IMG/VR virus record: IMGVR_UViG_3300028832_000135 | Coordinates: 6,057-70,056 of that record | Source of the DNA: a virus | Taxonomy: Duplodnaviria > Caudoviricetes | Direction: 5' to 3' (one strand) | DNA: 64,000 bases | Part shown: piece by piece, positions 18,204 through 26,997 of the stretch | Numbering within the stretch: the stretch's first letter is position 1 | Layout: every line of letters begins with the position of its first letter | Notes under the pieces: model-generated | Databases searched by the model: none | The model's input: the letters and a program-made list of their open reading frames with translations, nothing else | Told to the model about the DNA's origin: nothing | Program-made: the position numbers and the translations under genes

Positions 18204-19040
18204 TTAGAAAAATTCAATATCAAACTCGATTGCGGGATAAGATTGAGCACCCGACCTCTTCATTAAAACTCTGCCATTTGAGTCTTTTCTGAACCTTGCA
18301 CCAGTAATCCTGAAGTTCTGAGGATTTGCTACTGTAGCCGGGGCAAGTACCAACTCTCCAAGTTGTCCTCCCGGACCGTTACCGGGCATAAATCCTTGTG
18401 TCTTTGCGGGTGCCTTGATGTTGAGTTTTACCGCCTTATCGGTAAATGGATTATTGGCGGGAGCGTGTCTGAAATCATTATAAGATGTTGAAAGGAACTT
18501 CTGCAGGGAGTGTGTACTTCCAACAAACTTCTGCAAATCAGAGTCTTTGAGATTGCCGTAATTACTGTGATTGATGCTCAACCCCGCGTTCTTTGCAAAG
18601 TTGTCAATCAGACTTACACGACCATAGTGAGTAAGGGTCAAATTCTGTCCGAGGTTGTGTGAGCCGTCTAACAGAGATTGAGCCATATATTGCTGATTTG
18701 CCGTAAGAGGTTTGCCCTTTTCCATTGAATTGTTCAACTCCTGTGACGGACTATACATTGAACCCGCAACTGGTTGGTCGTGAAGATAGTCTTGTACCGC
18801 CAACTTTGTGTCGATGTTAAATGTCTGTGCCAAATAGTAATTTCTGCCACCGCCTGACAATTCGTGATACGGATTGGGGTCAGTGTCAGAGAATGTAGCG
18901 TTATTCGCTGACTGTGCTTGTTGTTGTGTCGCAACGATTGTCGGGTCTTGTCCGCCATTGTAACTTGCAATGGACGGTGTGACCCCGCTTGTTGCGGTTG
19001 TACCCGATGAATAACTTGTACGAGAACCTGTACTACCCAT
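18204..19040 (-). CDS. MGS-tag protein, VIP2/C2-like ADP-ribosyltransferase
   Basis: FLSTS motif, QLGELVL catalytic-Glu strand, FRITG; N-terminal helical bundle AVQDY...LNNSM. Confidence 0.75.
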   Translation of the reverse strand: MGSTGSRTSYSSGTTATSGVTPSIASYNGGQDPTIVATQQQAQSANNATFSDTDPNPYHELSGGGRNYYLAQTFNIDTKLAVQDYLHDQPVAGSMYSPSQELNNSMEKGKPLTANQQYMAQSLLDGSHNLGQNLTLTHYGRVSLIDNFAKNAGLSINHSNYGNLKDSDLQKFVGSTHSLQKFLSTSYNDFRHAPANNPFTDKAVKLNIKAPAKTQGFMPGNGPGGQLGELVLAPATVANPQNFRITGARFRKDSNGRVLMKRSGAQSYPAIEFDIEFF

Positions 19041-19046
19041 AGTCGT

Positions 19047-19352
19047 TTACTCCTGTAATTTTGCTCTGATTGCGTTCCATTTTTCATTGTCTGTCGGCAA
19101 TTCTCTGCCAGTTAGACTATACCACATATCCCTTAAGTAAAAAACGATGTGAAGTTGTGCGGGACTATTGAAAAGTTCTTGGTTGACCCATTTCCCTTTC
19201 TTACTATCCCATACCGCCTGCTTGATGTGATATATGGTAATCGGTCGGTCTTGTTGCTCGGAGTAAAATTGAGATGTTGAGTACATTATCCTTAACCCGT
19301 TCTGGTTTAAGGCTTGTTGGAGTTTATGGATTAACACGCTCTGACTCGGCAT
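19047..19352 (-). CDS. Hypothetical protein heading the late operon
   Basis: SD AGGAG; first ORF after the promoter. Confidence 0.7.
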   Translation of the reverse strand: MPSQSVLIHKLQQALNQNGLRIMYSTSQFYSEQQDRPITIYHIKQAVWDSKKGKWVNQELFNSPAQLHIVFYLRDMWYSLTGRELPTDNEKWNAIRAKLQE

Positions 19353-19384
19353 CTCTATTATCTCCTCGTAAACATTACACTCTG

Positions 19385-19413
19385 ATTATATCCTATTGCA
19401 CTTCTCCAATCAA
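19385..19413 (-). promoter_or_regulatory. Promoter TTGATT-17-TATAAT (late class, contains CAATAGGATATAAT)
   Basis: Read directly; shares 14 bp with the 7721 promoter. Confidence 0.65.
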
Positions 19414-19456
19414 ATGTCAATACCAATAAAAGGTCTGTTTTTCAAGGATTTTTCCC

Positions 19457-19582
19457 AAAAATGTAGTGCTATGCCGTCAGAAAATCACGAACTCCCTTTC
19501 ACAACGGACTCCCAACTCGCCTTTTCACAGATGGGGTGGGGGTCAAGCCGACAAAATGTAGTGTATAGGCTATCAGAAAATC
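19457..19582. repeat. Degenerate direct repeat, 96-bp period (AAAATGTAGTG...TCAGAAAATC)
   Basis: AAAATGTAGTG at 19457 and 19553; TCAGAAAATC at 19477 and 19573. Confidence 0.7.
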
Positions 19583-19588
19583 CGTTGG

Positions 19589-19945
19589 TCACTCCCCCTC
19601 GCCCCCACGGTGCTCTCTCCTCGGGGTGGGGGTGGGGATAGGTGGTGTAAAAAGCAACCCCATTTTATAGGTGGGGGTTAATGTCTTCTCAAGGTGTGGG
19701 GGTCTGCCCTTGCTCTCTTTCTTCGAGTTTCTTTTTCTGCTCTCTGCTCTGCCCTTGCGTGCGTGCATCTCTGCTCTGCTCTCTGCTTGGTCAACCTCTG
19801 CGAACAAAGTCAACTGACTTGGAACAAGCACTCCTCTGCTCTGCTCTCTCTTCGTCTTCTCAAAGCAAACTGGACCGAAACCCCTTGCCCGGTTCTCTTC
19901 GCCCTTTAGGCGTTTTCCGCATCTTCTGCAATACTTGTAAATCAT
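19589..19945 (-). CDS. DUF6011-like Zn-finger protein with low-complexity tail
   Basis: CRRCGKRL...RGFGPVC; contains QLTLF. Confidence 0.7.
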   Translation of the reverse strand: MIYKYCRRCGKRLKGEENRARGFGPVCFEKTKREQSRGVLVPSQLTLFAEVDQAESRAEMHARKGRAESRKRNSKKESKGRPPHLEKTLTPTYKMGLLFTPPIPTPTPRREHRGGEGE

Positions 19946-20868
19946 AACAACTGTACCATTAAAAGGTCTAAAGCCTTTTCGTCCTCAACTTCGCCTTGCT
20001 TGATGCCTTGTTCGATTTTCTGCAAGGTCTTAAGGAAGTAAACAAGGTCTGCACTCTTCCACGCACCCGCACTCTGCTTGGCTAACTTCACCTCAAATGC
20101 ACTCAAGCCTGTCTCTCCGCAAACATCTCCGCTCTCCGCCACTTGGTATTGCAACACTCGCTTGAAGTTCGTGTAAAGCACTGAGAGGATTTTCAAGGGG
20201 GGTTCTCCGATTGCCTTGCACTCTTCCAATAGGCTAAATGCCTTTTCTATCTCCGCTCTGCACATTGCATCAACGAAATCGAAAATTGCGTCTTTGGGCG
20301 GTCGTGAAATCACCTTGTCTTCAACCGCCTTATCAAACGCTACGTCTACGCTCACGCTCAAGGCACCCGCAATGCGGTTCACTTTGTCGGCCTCTAAGAG
20401 CAACCGGGAATAGTCATTCTCGCACATTTCAATCAACTCGTAGGCTCTGTCATCTGACAACGCACAAACACGCTCTAAATACTTATAGAGCACATCTGCG
20501 TCCATATAGTGAAACTCGGCTATCTGTTCTGCATATGCCTTATATGCCTTACTCCGTTTATCTATGTCCGTCATCTGCAATATCAAGATATTATCACCCA
20601 ATGCGTCCTGGATAATCTGCAAATCTGTAGCGGTCTTCCAAAACTCGGTATCATCTCGGCATACGAACACATATGACATCTTGAGAATTGATGCTCTCTT
20701 GTTGAAAGCATCTCGCACCTCATCTATCCGCTTTATCTGCTTGTTGGTGACCTCGGCTATCTTGTTGATATAAATTCTTTGAGCTTCAATCTCTTCACCA
20801 GTGAATACAAAAAAGCGGTCGATAAACCGCTTATTCTGTATCTGTTGTTTTATCGTCCGTATCTCCAT
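19942..20868 (-). CDS. holA: Clamp loader delta-like subunit
   Basis: FVFTGEE; SRLLLEADKV; AIFDFVDA...GEPPLKILSVLY; IKQG pattern. Confidence 0.8.
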   Translation of the reverse strand: MEIRTIKQQIQNKRFIDRFFVFTGEEIEAQRIYINKIAEVTNKQIKRIDEVRDAFNKRASILKMSYVFVCRDDTEFWKTATDLQIIQDALGDNILILQMTDIDKRSKAYKAYAEQIAEFHYMDADVLYKYLERVCALSDDRAYELIEMCENDYSRLLLEADKVNRIAGALSVSVDVAFDKAVEDKVISRPPKDAIFDFVDAMCRAEIEKAFSLLEECKAIGEPPLKILSVLYTNFKRVLQYQVAESGDVCGETGLSAFEVKLAKQSAGAWKSADLVYFLKTLQKIEQGIKQGEVEDEKALDLLMVQLL

Positions 20869-21312
20869 TTACTTAACAATCACCTCATCTTCCCTTACGC
20901 CTATTGTGAATGTCGGATTAGCCAAGATAAAGTCAATCAATGACTCCTTATCTATGCAACCCCTTATTGCGTCAAAGTCGTGTCTGTTGATTACAAAACC
21001 CTCATCGGTTGCAAAATTAAGCAAGCCAACTGTTGTAACCTTGAAATTAAGTTCTGTTGTGCCAAGTCTGTAAACCCTTACGGTTGGGTCACAATCAACC
21101 AATTCACAACCCTGCAAGAACAAGTCTTCAACCGTATGAATGAAATTCTCATCTATCGGTTCATTGTGATATTCGCCCTCAACTGTCAAAAGCACATTAT
21201 TCTCATCAATATCAAATGAGAAATATATCTGCGGTATGTTAGCGTCAACCCAAGCATAGATAAGGTCATAAATCTTACGGAAACCACCTAATTTAACCAT
21301 TTCGTTCTTCAT
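20869..21312 (-). CDS. Hypothetical protein
   Basis: SD AAAGGAG; own promoter. Confidence 0.7.
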   Translation of the reverse strand: MKNEMVKLGGFRKIYDLIYAWVDANIPQIYFSFDIDENNVLLTVEGEYHNEPIDENFIHTVEDLFLQGCELVDCDPTVRVYRLGTTELNFKVTTVGLLNFATDEGFVINRHDFDAIRGCIDKESLIDFILANPTFTIGVREDEVIVK

Positions 21313-21350
21313 CGTCTTAATCTCCTTTACAAGTTTTATTTGATGGTTTA

Positions 21351-21379
21351 ATTATACATTAGTACCAATGAAAAATCAA
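21351..21379 (-). promoter_or_regulatory. Early-class promoter TTGATT-TTTCATTGGTACTAATG-TATAAT
   Basis: Near-palindromic spacer shared with 29805 and 49194. Confidence 0.75.
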
Positions 21380-21382
21380 TGA

Positions 21383-22351
21383 TTATAAGGCGTTTTTGCC
21401 CTCTGTAAACCTACCGAATTTCTGCTCTATGTTCTTCGGATTACCCTTGAAAAACACAAGCACATTTTGGTGATGTCTGCCCACTTTTCGGCTCTGCTCA
21501 AAATACTTCGGACAACGAACACCAAGACTCATTATTCTGTTCTCAAGTATCATCTCGTTATAGTACAAAAACCCGGCATCTGTGAACGCTCGTATTGTAT
21601 CAGGCACAAAGCCGTATAATATGCCGTTCTTATCTCTAATTTCTTCAACGACAATCACCGCAAACGCATCATCTGCCAGGACGGTGTAGCAGTTTCGTAT
21701 CGCTGCCTGGTATCTCTGCAGGAACTCGTCATATGTCTTGTATGTACTCAAATCTCTCGGATTGTCTGTATAAACTTCAAGATTGTAATATGGCGGACAA
21801 GTCAACATCATATCGTACTTCTCGCAATCCTCATTAACATCATCATCTGTACTATCTGCAATTATCCAACAAGGCTTACCGAAATGCTTGGTGTCATAAG
21901 CATTGATTATACTCTCCCATATCTCATCATTCGCTTGAACTTGTATCGGATTGATGTCTATGCCAACATAATCTCTCCCAACCATTGCACATACCGCACC
22001 TCTGACGTGACCACCAGCGAACGGGTCAAATATCGTATCGCCTTGTCGGCTAAACCACTTAACCAATATCTCACATAAAAATGGGTCAAATGTACTCGTA
22101 AAGCCGTTTCTTTCAAGTCCTTTATAACCCTCATCATAATCCATTGCGTTCAAATAAGGTGTATTATGCTTTTTTATCGCAACATTTCTAATGTTCTCAG
22201 AACGATTTTTAATTACCTGTTCCCACATATTCCTTCTCTGTAGCCAGGCATTAACTGATGTGTCCAGTATCGAGAATGGCGGAACTAAATACTTATCCCT
22301 TAATAGTGTGGTCGGAACATACAACTTTCCCTTTGGATTGAATAATGGCAT
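21383..22351 (-). CDS. Amino (N6A/N4C) DNA methyltransferase
   Basis: DPFAGG motif I, LTCPPY motif IV; PPFSILD N-terminus. Confidence 0.85.
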   Translation of the reverse strand: MPLFNPKGKLYVPTTLLRDKYLVPPFSILDTSVNAWLQRRNMWEQVIKNRSENIRNVAIKKHNTPYLNAMDYDEGYKGLERNGFTSTFDPFLCEILVKWFSRQGDTIFDPFAGGHVRGAVCAMVGRDYVGIDINPIQVQANDEIWESIINAYDTKHFGKPCWIIADSTDDDVNEDCEKYDMMLTCPPYYNLEVYTDNPRDLSTYKTYDEFLQRYQAAIRNCYTVLADDAFAVIVVEEIRDKNGILYGFVPDTIRAFTDAGFLYYNEMILENRIMSLGVRCPKYFEQSRKVGRHHQNVLVFFKGNPKNIEQKFGRFTEGKNAL

Positions 22352-23384
22352 CTGCTATCTCCTCATACATTATTGAGTTATCTATCGAATAATCTAAAAA
22401 ATACTCACTCCACAACGCTCTTACCGAAAAGAACTTTATACCGTCCTCTTTGGCTTTCGTATTCGCCAACACCTCAAGACAATGAATGTAATATGACTTG
22501 TTTAGTGGTAGTAAACCTTTATCGGCAAACCATATATACTCGGCACAATCTTTCCAACAACAACCGCATCTTCTTGGCAATAGGTCAACCCCATAACGGC
22601 TCTCTGTACGCTCTCTAAAGGCTCGTCTAAACCTATTAGGTGTCATACAACTTACAAGAACTTCAAGTGCTTGTGGCTCTTTCTCAATAACCTTAAATGA
22701 GTCCAAATAATTGTCATTGGGTATTAAAGTTCGGTAATTGGGTATTATTCTGCGAATTACCTTGTCATAGGCTTTCCACATCTCCACGCAATCACCACCA
22801 CAAACATCATAAGCATTATCATCAAGAAACGCAGATTTGAATGTCCCAACAGCAACCCGTGTAGTTATTCCCCGGTTAATTCCGCAGCTCAATGCCCGTG
22901 TCGCCATTATCATATTCTTCATTGGGTGCTCAACATATTGGTGATAACCACTATATGAAATCTCCTCAACGATTATCGGCAACCCCATATATTCTGCGGC
23001 CTGTTCTGCTGACAAATGCTCTGAAAACTCTCCGCAATATGTTGCATTTAAGCCTTTCAGATGATACAGATAAACATTATAGTGAAGTCGCTGATAATGT
23101 CTTGCAACCGCAAAACTATCCTTACCGCCACTAAAACACACAATAATGTTTTTCTTATCAAATGTCGGTAACTCTATCGGCTTGATGTCCTTTTTGACAT
23201 ACTTGAAGTGTCTTTTTGCGTCTGTTTCCTGCTCGAATATATCAACTATGCTCTTAAGGCTTGCATCAAACACATATGGCACCAACGCTCGTTTCTCGTC
23301 CAACTCTGACAGATTTGCGTAAAGTGTGTCAATCTCGGAAAGCAACGAATGAGCCAAAATTGTAGTGCCCTTAACGCTCTGCAT
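22293..23384 (-). CDS. QueC-like PP-loop ATP pyrophosphatase
   Basis: FSGGKDS PP-loop; SC...CGCCWKD Zn cluster; start taken at MQSVK. Confidence 0.7.
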   Translation of the reverse strand: MQSVKGTTILAHSLLSEIDTLYANLSELDEKRALVPYVFDASLKSIVDIFEQETDAKRHFKYVKKDIKPIELPTFDKKNIIVCFSGGKDSFAVARHYQRLHYNVYLYHLKGLNATYCGEFSEHLSAEQAAEYMGLPIIVEEISYSGYHQYVEHPMKNMIMATRALSCGINRGITTRVAVGTFKSAFLDDNAYDVCGGDCVEMWKAYDKVIRRIIPNYRTLIPNDNYLDSFKVIEKEPQALEVLVSCMTPNRFRRAFRERTESRYGVDLLPRRCGCCWKDCAEYIWFADKGLLPLNKSYYIHCLEVLANTKAKEDGIKFFSVRALWSEYFLDYSIDNSIMYEEIADAIIQSKGKVVCSDHTIKG

Positions 23385-24189
23385 AACCCACCGCTCTGAT
23401 GTCGAATACCCACATATCAAACAATGCTTGCTTGTTAATTGTCGGTGTCCTCAAGATTGCCAACTTCTCGGTTGTCACATCAATCCAGTCAAGATACTTC
23501 ATCTTATCGGGGTACTCATCAAATTGTTGCACCCTATCAATGCACTCCGTCCTAAAGGCTTGGAGAAATATCTTCATATCGTACTTGGTTTCATCTGTGT
23601 CCTTAAAGGCTATCCTATCCTCAATCTTTAAGGCATTTGCACCACTTACATAGTCAATATTATCTACGGCTAATTTAACGAACTTATGAAACTCATCAAT
23701 GCCGTATTTTAATAACAAATCAACTTCATATTTATTTGAACAGAAGTTTGGAAATCTCCAATCCTCACTTCCCGCAAACTGCGAAATATCCTGGTGCGTG
23801 TAGTTATCCAGGCGATAGACGCAGGCACGGCTCGTCAGTGTCTCCAATGTCTGTCCGATGTCAACCACGGTAAGCACAAACCATACGGTCTTTGGCGGTT
23901 CTTCTGTAATCTTGAGCAATGCGTTCTTTGACGCAGAACTCATACTATCCCCGTCAATGACATATAAAATGTTTGTCGCTATTGAATAACTATCATCAAT
24001 TACGGCTCTAATGGCATCTACGCCCTTATCAACCTCGGCATACTCCGCCTTAAGCCACTTTGCAACCTCTTTGGCAAGTGTCTTTCTGCCACTCCCCTTT
24101 TCCCCTACGAGAATAATAAAATGTGCAAGTGACTTACTCTCCATTGCGGCCTTAATCTGTTGTTGAACGCATCTTTGTCCTATCATCAA
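23371..24189 (-). CDS. holB: Clamp loader delta-prime-like subunit
   Basis: GEKGSGRKT; NALLKITEEPP; TLTSRA. Confidence 0.8.
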   Translation of the reverse strand: MMIGQRCVQQQIKAAMESKSLAHFIILVGEKGSGRKTLAKEVAKWLKAEYAEVDKGVDAIRAVIDDSYSIATNILYVIDGDSMSSASKNALLKITEEPPKTVWFVLTVVDIGQTLETLTSRACVYRLDNYTHQDISQFAGSEDWRFPNFCSNKYEVDLLLKYGIDEFHKFVKLAVDNIDYVSGANALKIEDRIAFKDTDETKYDMKIFLQAFRTECIDRVQQFDEYPDKMKYLDWIDVTTEKLAILRTPTINKQALFDMWVFDIRAVGYAER

Positions 24190-25091
24190 AACAATCTCCT
24201 TAACTGCTTTTTCTCTATTGTATTCTTCTTTGGCATTACATCATATGTGCCAACCCTTAAATTACAACAATCGTTAGAATTTGGATTATGCTTTTGCCAA
24301 TACTCATATGCAGTATCTTCGTCCTCACAAACTGAAATCTCCTTAAACCCATAAATCTTATCCAACAACTCAATCTTCCGGGCAAGCGGCAAATGCGTGT
24401 AGCCCCCGTGCTTAACTGTGTACTGGCTAAAATCCAAGTCAAACCACTTCCTTATCCAAGTGTTGACTCTTAAGAACTCAACTATCAACTTATCACATCT
24501 GATATTTGCCAATCGGTCGTAATCAACGAACTCTGGTATGAATGGTGACAACCTTACTTGCACATCAAAACCACTATCATATAACTTCTCTACGGCTTTT
24601 ATACGCTTGCTCGGTGGTACGGCTTTCTCATAGGCTAACTTATGATACAAAGCATCATCAAAGCAAGTAATGGTCACTTGAATATGTGCAAGGTCTTTAT
24701 CCATTACATCAAGGTATTCTTCATATGCCACAATGTCTGATTTAGTGACGATAAGATATGGTTGTTGCTTTTTCTTTAACTCCCACAAGGTATGAAAAGT
24801 AACTCTGTGTTCCAACTCCAATGGTTGAAAACAGTCTGTCATACCGCCTAATCGGATTGCGGGCATACCGCTCGGCAACCTCGCTATCTTCTTGCGTATC
24901 TTCTCTATGTCCGCTACGGCAGGATTTTGGAAATCCCATAGGTTTCTGAAATCCAAAAGGCTCTTTGCATAACAATACTTACAATCGTGTTGACAACCAC
25001 AACCATATGTATCAAGCCTTGTTGGGTAATGGCACTTACTACCCTCATTGCCTTTTACTTCCTTATAGAAACTCTTGAACTCTTTACTCAT
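24186..25091 (-). CDS. Radical SAM protein, spore-photoproduct-lyase-like
   Basis: CQHDCKYC; IRLGGMTDCFQP; IVTKS; VRLSPFIP; start at MSKEF. Confidence 0.85.
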   Translation of the reverse strand: MSKEFKSFYKEVKGNEGSKCHYPTRLDTYGCGCQHDCKYCYAKSLLDFRNLWDFQNPAVADIEKIRKKIARLPSGMPAIRLGGMTDCFQPLELEHRVTFHTLWELKKKQQPYLIVTKSDIVAYEEYLDVMDKDLAHIQVTITCFDDALYHKLAYEKAVPPSKRIKAVEKLYDSGFDVQVRLSPFIPEFVDYDRLANIRCDKLIVEFLRVNTWIRKWFDLDFSQYTVKHGGYTHLPLARKIELLDKIYGFKEISVCEDEDTAYEYWQKHNPNSNDCCNLRVGTYDVMPKKNTIEKKQLRRLF

Positions 25092-26115
25092 AAATAACCC
25101 CCAATAACCTTGCCTCAATAGCAACTTTAGGTTGATTATCCCACTTAATATCCGCATTGAGTTTAACAATTATCGGCAACAATACTCTGCAACAATCAAA
25201 GAAATTATCCTGGTCTGCCAGATGTCGTTGTAGTTCTGGCTCGTAAGTTCCGGGCAACTGCAAGTAATCGAATGTGTGAAGTATATCGTACTTATTGATG
25301 TCCAAAAGGAAACTCATATAATCCTTGATGAACTGTTTTAAGTCCTTGCCGTCTGCATAAATACTTTCTACGGTCTTTATTGTATCTGCACTATTACGCT
25401 CTCTTATCGCATCTGTAAGCGTAAAGAACACATCATAGTCTACTATGCCTAATGCGGCCACAACGCTCTCTACGGTCAATTCGTGTGTGTATGACAAACA
25501 CTTATCCAAAAGCGTTATAGCATCTCTCATACCACCGTCTGCGACCTTTGCAAGGTATTGCAAGGCATTACTCAACTCCTCGGTAACGAATGGCGTTATC
25601 TCTTGCTTATGAATATGCACCAATCTCTTATATATTCCCTGTTGACTTATCCGCTTGAAATCAAATCTCTGCACACGACTCAGGATTGTTCTCGGTATTT
25701 TTTCGGGATTTGTAGTGCACATAATGAAGATTGCCTTTTTCGGTGGCTCTTCCAACAACTTGAGAAGTGCTTGCCACGCATTGTTTGAAAGTGCGTGCAC
25801 CTCATCAAGAATGAATATGCGATACTCACTATCCATACTCTGCACTTTGGCTTGTTGAATAATGTTTCTGATGTCATCTACGGAGTTATTACTTGCCGCA
25901 TCTAACTCTAACGGATTGCCCTTACCCTTATTTATTTCTGACGCAAAAATACGGGCACAAGTTGTCTTACCAGTGCCCGCACCACCTGTAAATAGATAGG
26001 CGTGTTGTACCTCGCCACTATCTAATTGTTGCTTAAGAATTATTTTCACCGACCCCTGCTCGGTCACATCATCAAATGTCCGGGGTCTGTACCGTGTAGC
26101 CAGTGACTCTGCCAT
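25084..26115 (-). CDS. dnaX: Clamp loader gamma/tau-like ATPase
   Basis: LATRYRPRTFDDV; GTGKTT; ELDAASN; ILDEVH; ALLKLLEEPP; ILSR; GGMRDA. Confidence 0.95.
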   Translation of the reverse strand: MAESLATRYRPRTFDDVTEQGSVKIILKQQLDSGEVQHAYLFTGGAGTGKTTCARIFASEINKGKGNPLELDAASNNSVDDIRNIIQQAKVQSMDSEYRIFILDEVHALSNNAWQALLKLLEEPPKKAIFIMCTTNPEKIPRTILSRVQRFDFKRISQQGIYKRLVHIHKQEITPFVTEELSNALQYLAKVADGGMRDAITLLDKCLSYTHELTVESVVAALGIVDYDVFFTLTDAIRERNSADTIKTVESIYADGKDLKQFIKDYMSFLLDINKYDILHTFDYLQLPGTYEPELQRHLADQDNFFDCCRVLLPIIVKLNADIKWDNQPKVAIEARLLGVIYE

Positions 26116-26138
26116 TGCTGTTCTCCTCGTTATGTGAT

Positions 26139-26214
26139 TGGCGGGGGTAGTGGGAGTCGAACCCACGCAATCCGGGAGTCAAAGACCCGTGCCTTACCGC
26201 TTGGCTATACCCCA
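26139..26214 (-). tRNA. trnQ: tRNA-Gln(UUG), CCA encoded
   Basis: Cloverleaf TGGGGTATAGCCAAGCGGTAAGGC...CTTTGAC...GTGGGTTCGACTCCCAC...GCCA. Confidence 0.92.
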
Positions 26215-26219
26215 ATATA

Positions 26220-26995
26220 AATGATATAGGTACTTGTCGGCTTGCCCTATATCACTTAATGTGACCTACTTCACATAAGAGGCTCAACCTCTCTTGTTGG
26301 AGTTATCAGTCATTCTCCAAGTTCCCGCTACCCAAAGACTGTTTACCACAAGGACGGTGTTAGGGTAAGAGGCTCAACCTCTCTTGTTGGGGTAACTCCC
26401 CAAGTTCCCTCTGTTTCACTTGTATACCGCAAATATGAGGTGGGTGGCTATTTGCAACTAACCAATGCGGTTTGTTACGACAAGACTTGCCTTGTCTCTT
26501 TTCTCCTGTACTCGTAACAACATACTCGTATCTTGCTCTCTGTCACAAGATATAAAGACACTGATACTCACGCTTATCAGAGCGACTCATTTTGGCAGAG
26601 AAGAGCGGTCTCTTGGGGCAGTGTTGACTACTATAGGTATCTTGTAACTCTATAAGTACTGTTGAGTCACTCATCAATTTCTCACAAATATCCTTTTCAT
26701 CTAGAATAAAAGATATTGTTCCCTAAACACCGCTGGTACAAGGTTGTTTAAGGTACAACCAAGTAAAACCTAGTTCATATTGGTATTTCTAATCACTTTA
26801 TAAATATTGCCTTTTGTATCACTCAAGATGAACTCACACAACTCTGAATAATTAAGGTTATCTGAATATTGTATCGGAGTATGCCTTTCGGCTACTTATG
26901 TTTATGTGGCAATCAGGGAGTATGCCATATCTCTTGTGATACTTTAACCGTCAACTTCACAAAAAGGGACCAAGAAGTTTCGGTGGGCATTTGTT
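26220..26995 (-). ncRNA. Candidate large structured ncRNA
   Basis: ~780 nt without a credible ORF; many hairpins; duplicated multi-stem unit with a compensatory change. Confidence 0.45.
26276..26390. repeat. 25-bp exact direct repeat, 90-bp period
   Basis: TAAGAGGCTCAACCTCTCTTGTTGG at 26276 and 26366. Confidence 0.95.
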
Positions 26996-26997
26996 AG

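Noticed and set aside
19589-19680. Canonical three-tier G-quadruplex
   Set aside because: Only three closely spaced G-tracts of 3 or more, and they can pair with the upstream C-run as a hairpin; kept only as part of the pac-region finding
26115-26166. ORF-track N-terminal extension MGSTPTT of DnaX as another MGS-tag protein
   Set aside because: It overlaps the tRNA; the true start is MAESL with SD AGGAG
26276-26390. Mini CRISPR array
   Set aside because: Only two 25-bp repeats with a 65-bp spacer that itself contains repeated sequence; no cas operon (Cas4-like gene is a typical replication nuclease)
26500-26800. TAG-readthrough ORF in the non-coding region
   Set aside because: Multiple stops, no SD/start, no recognisable protein
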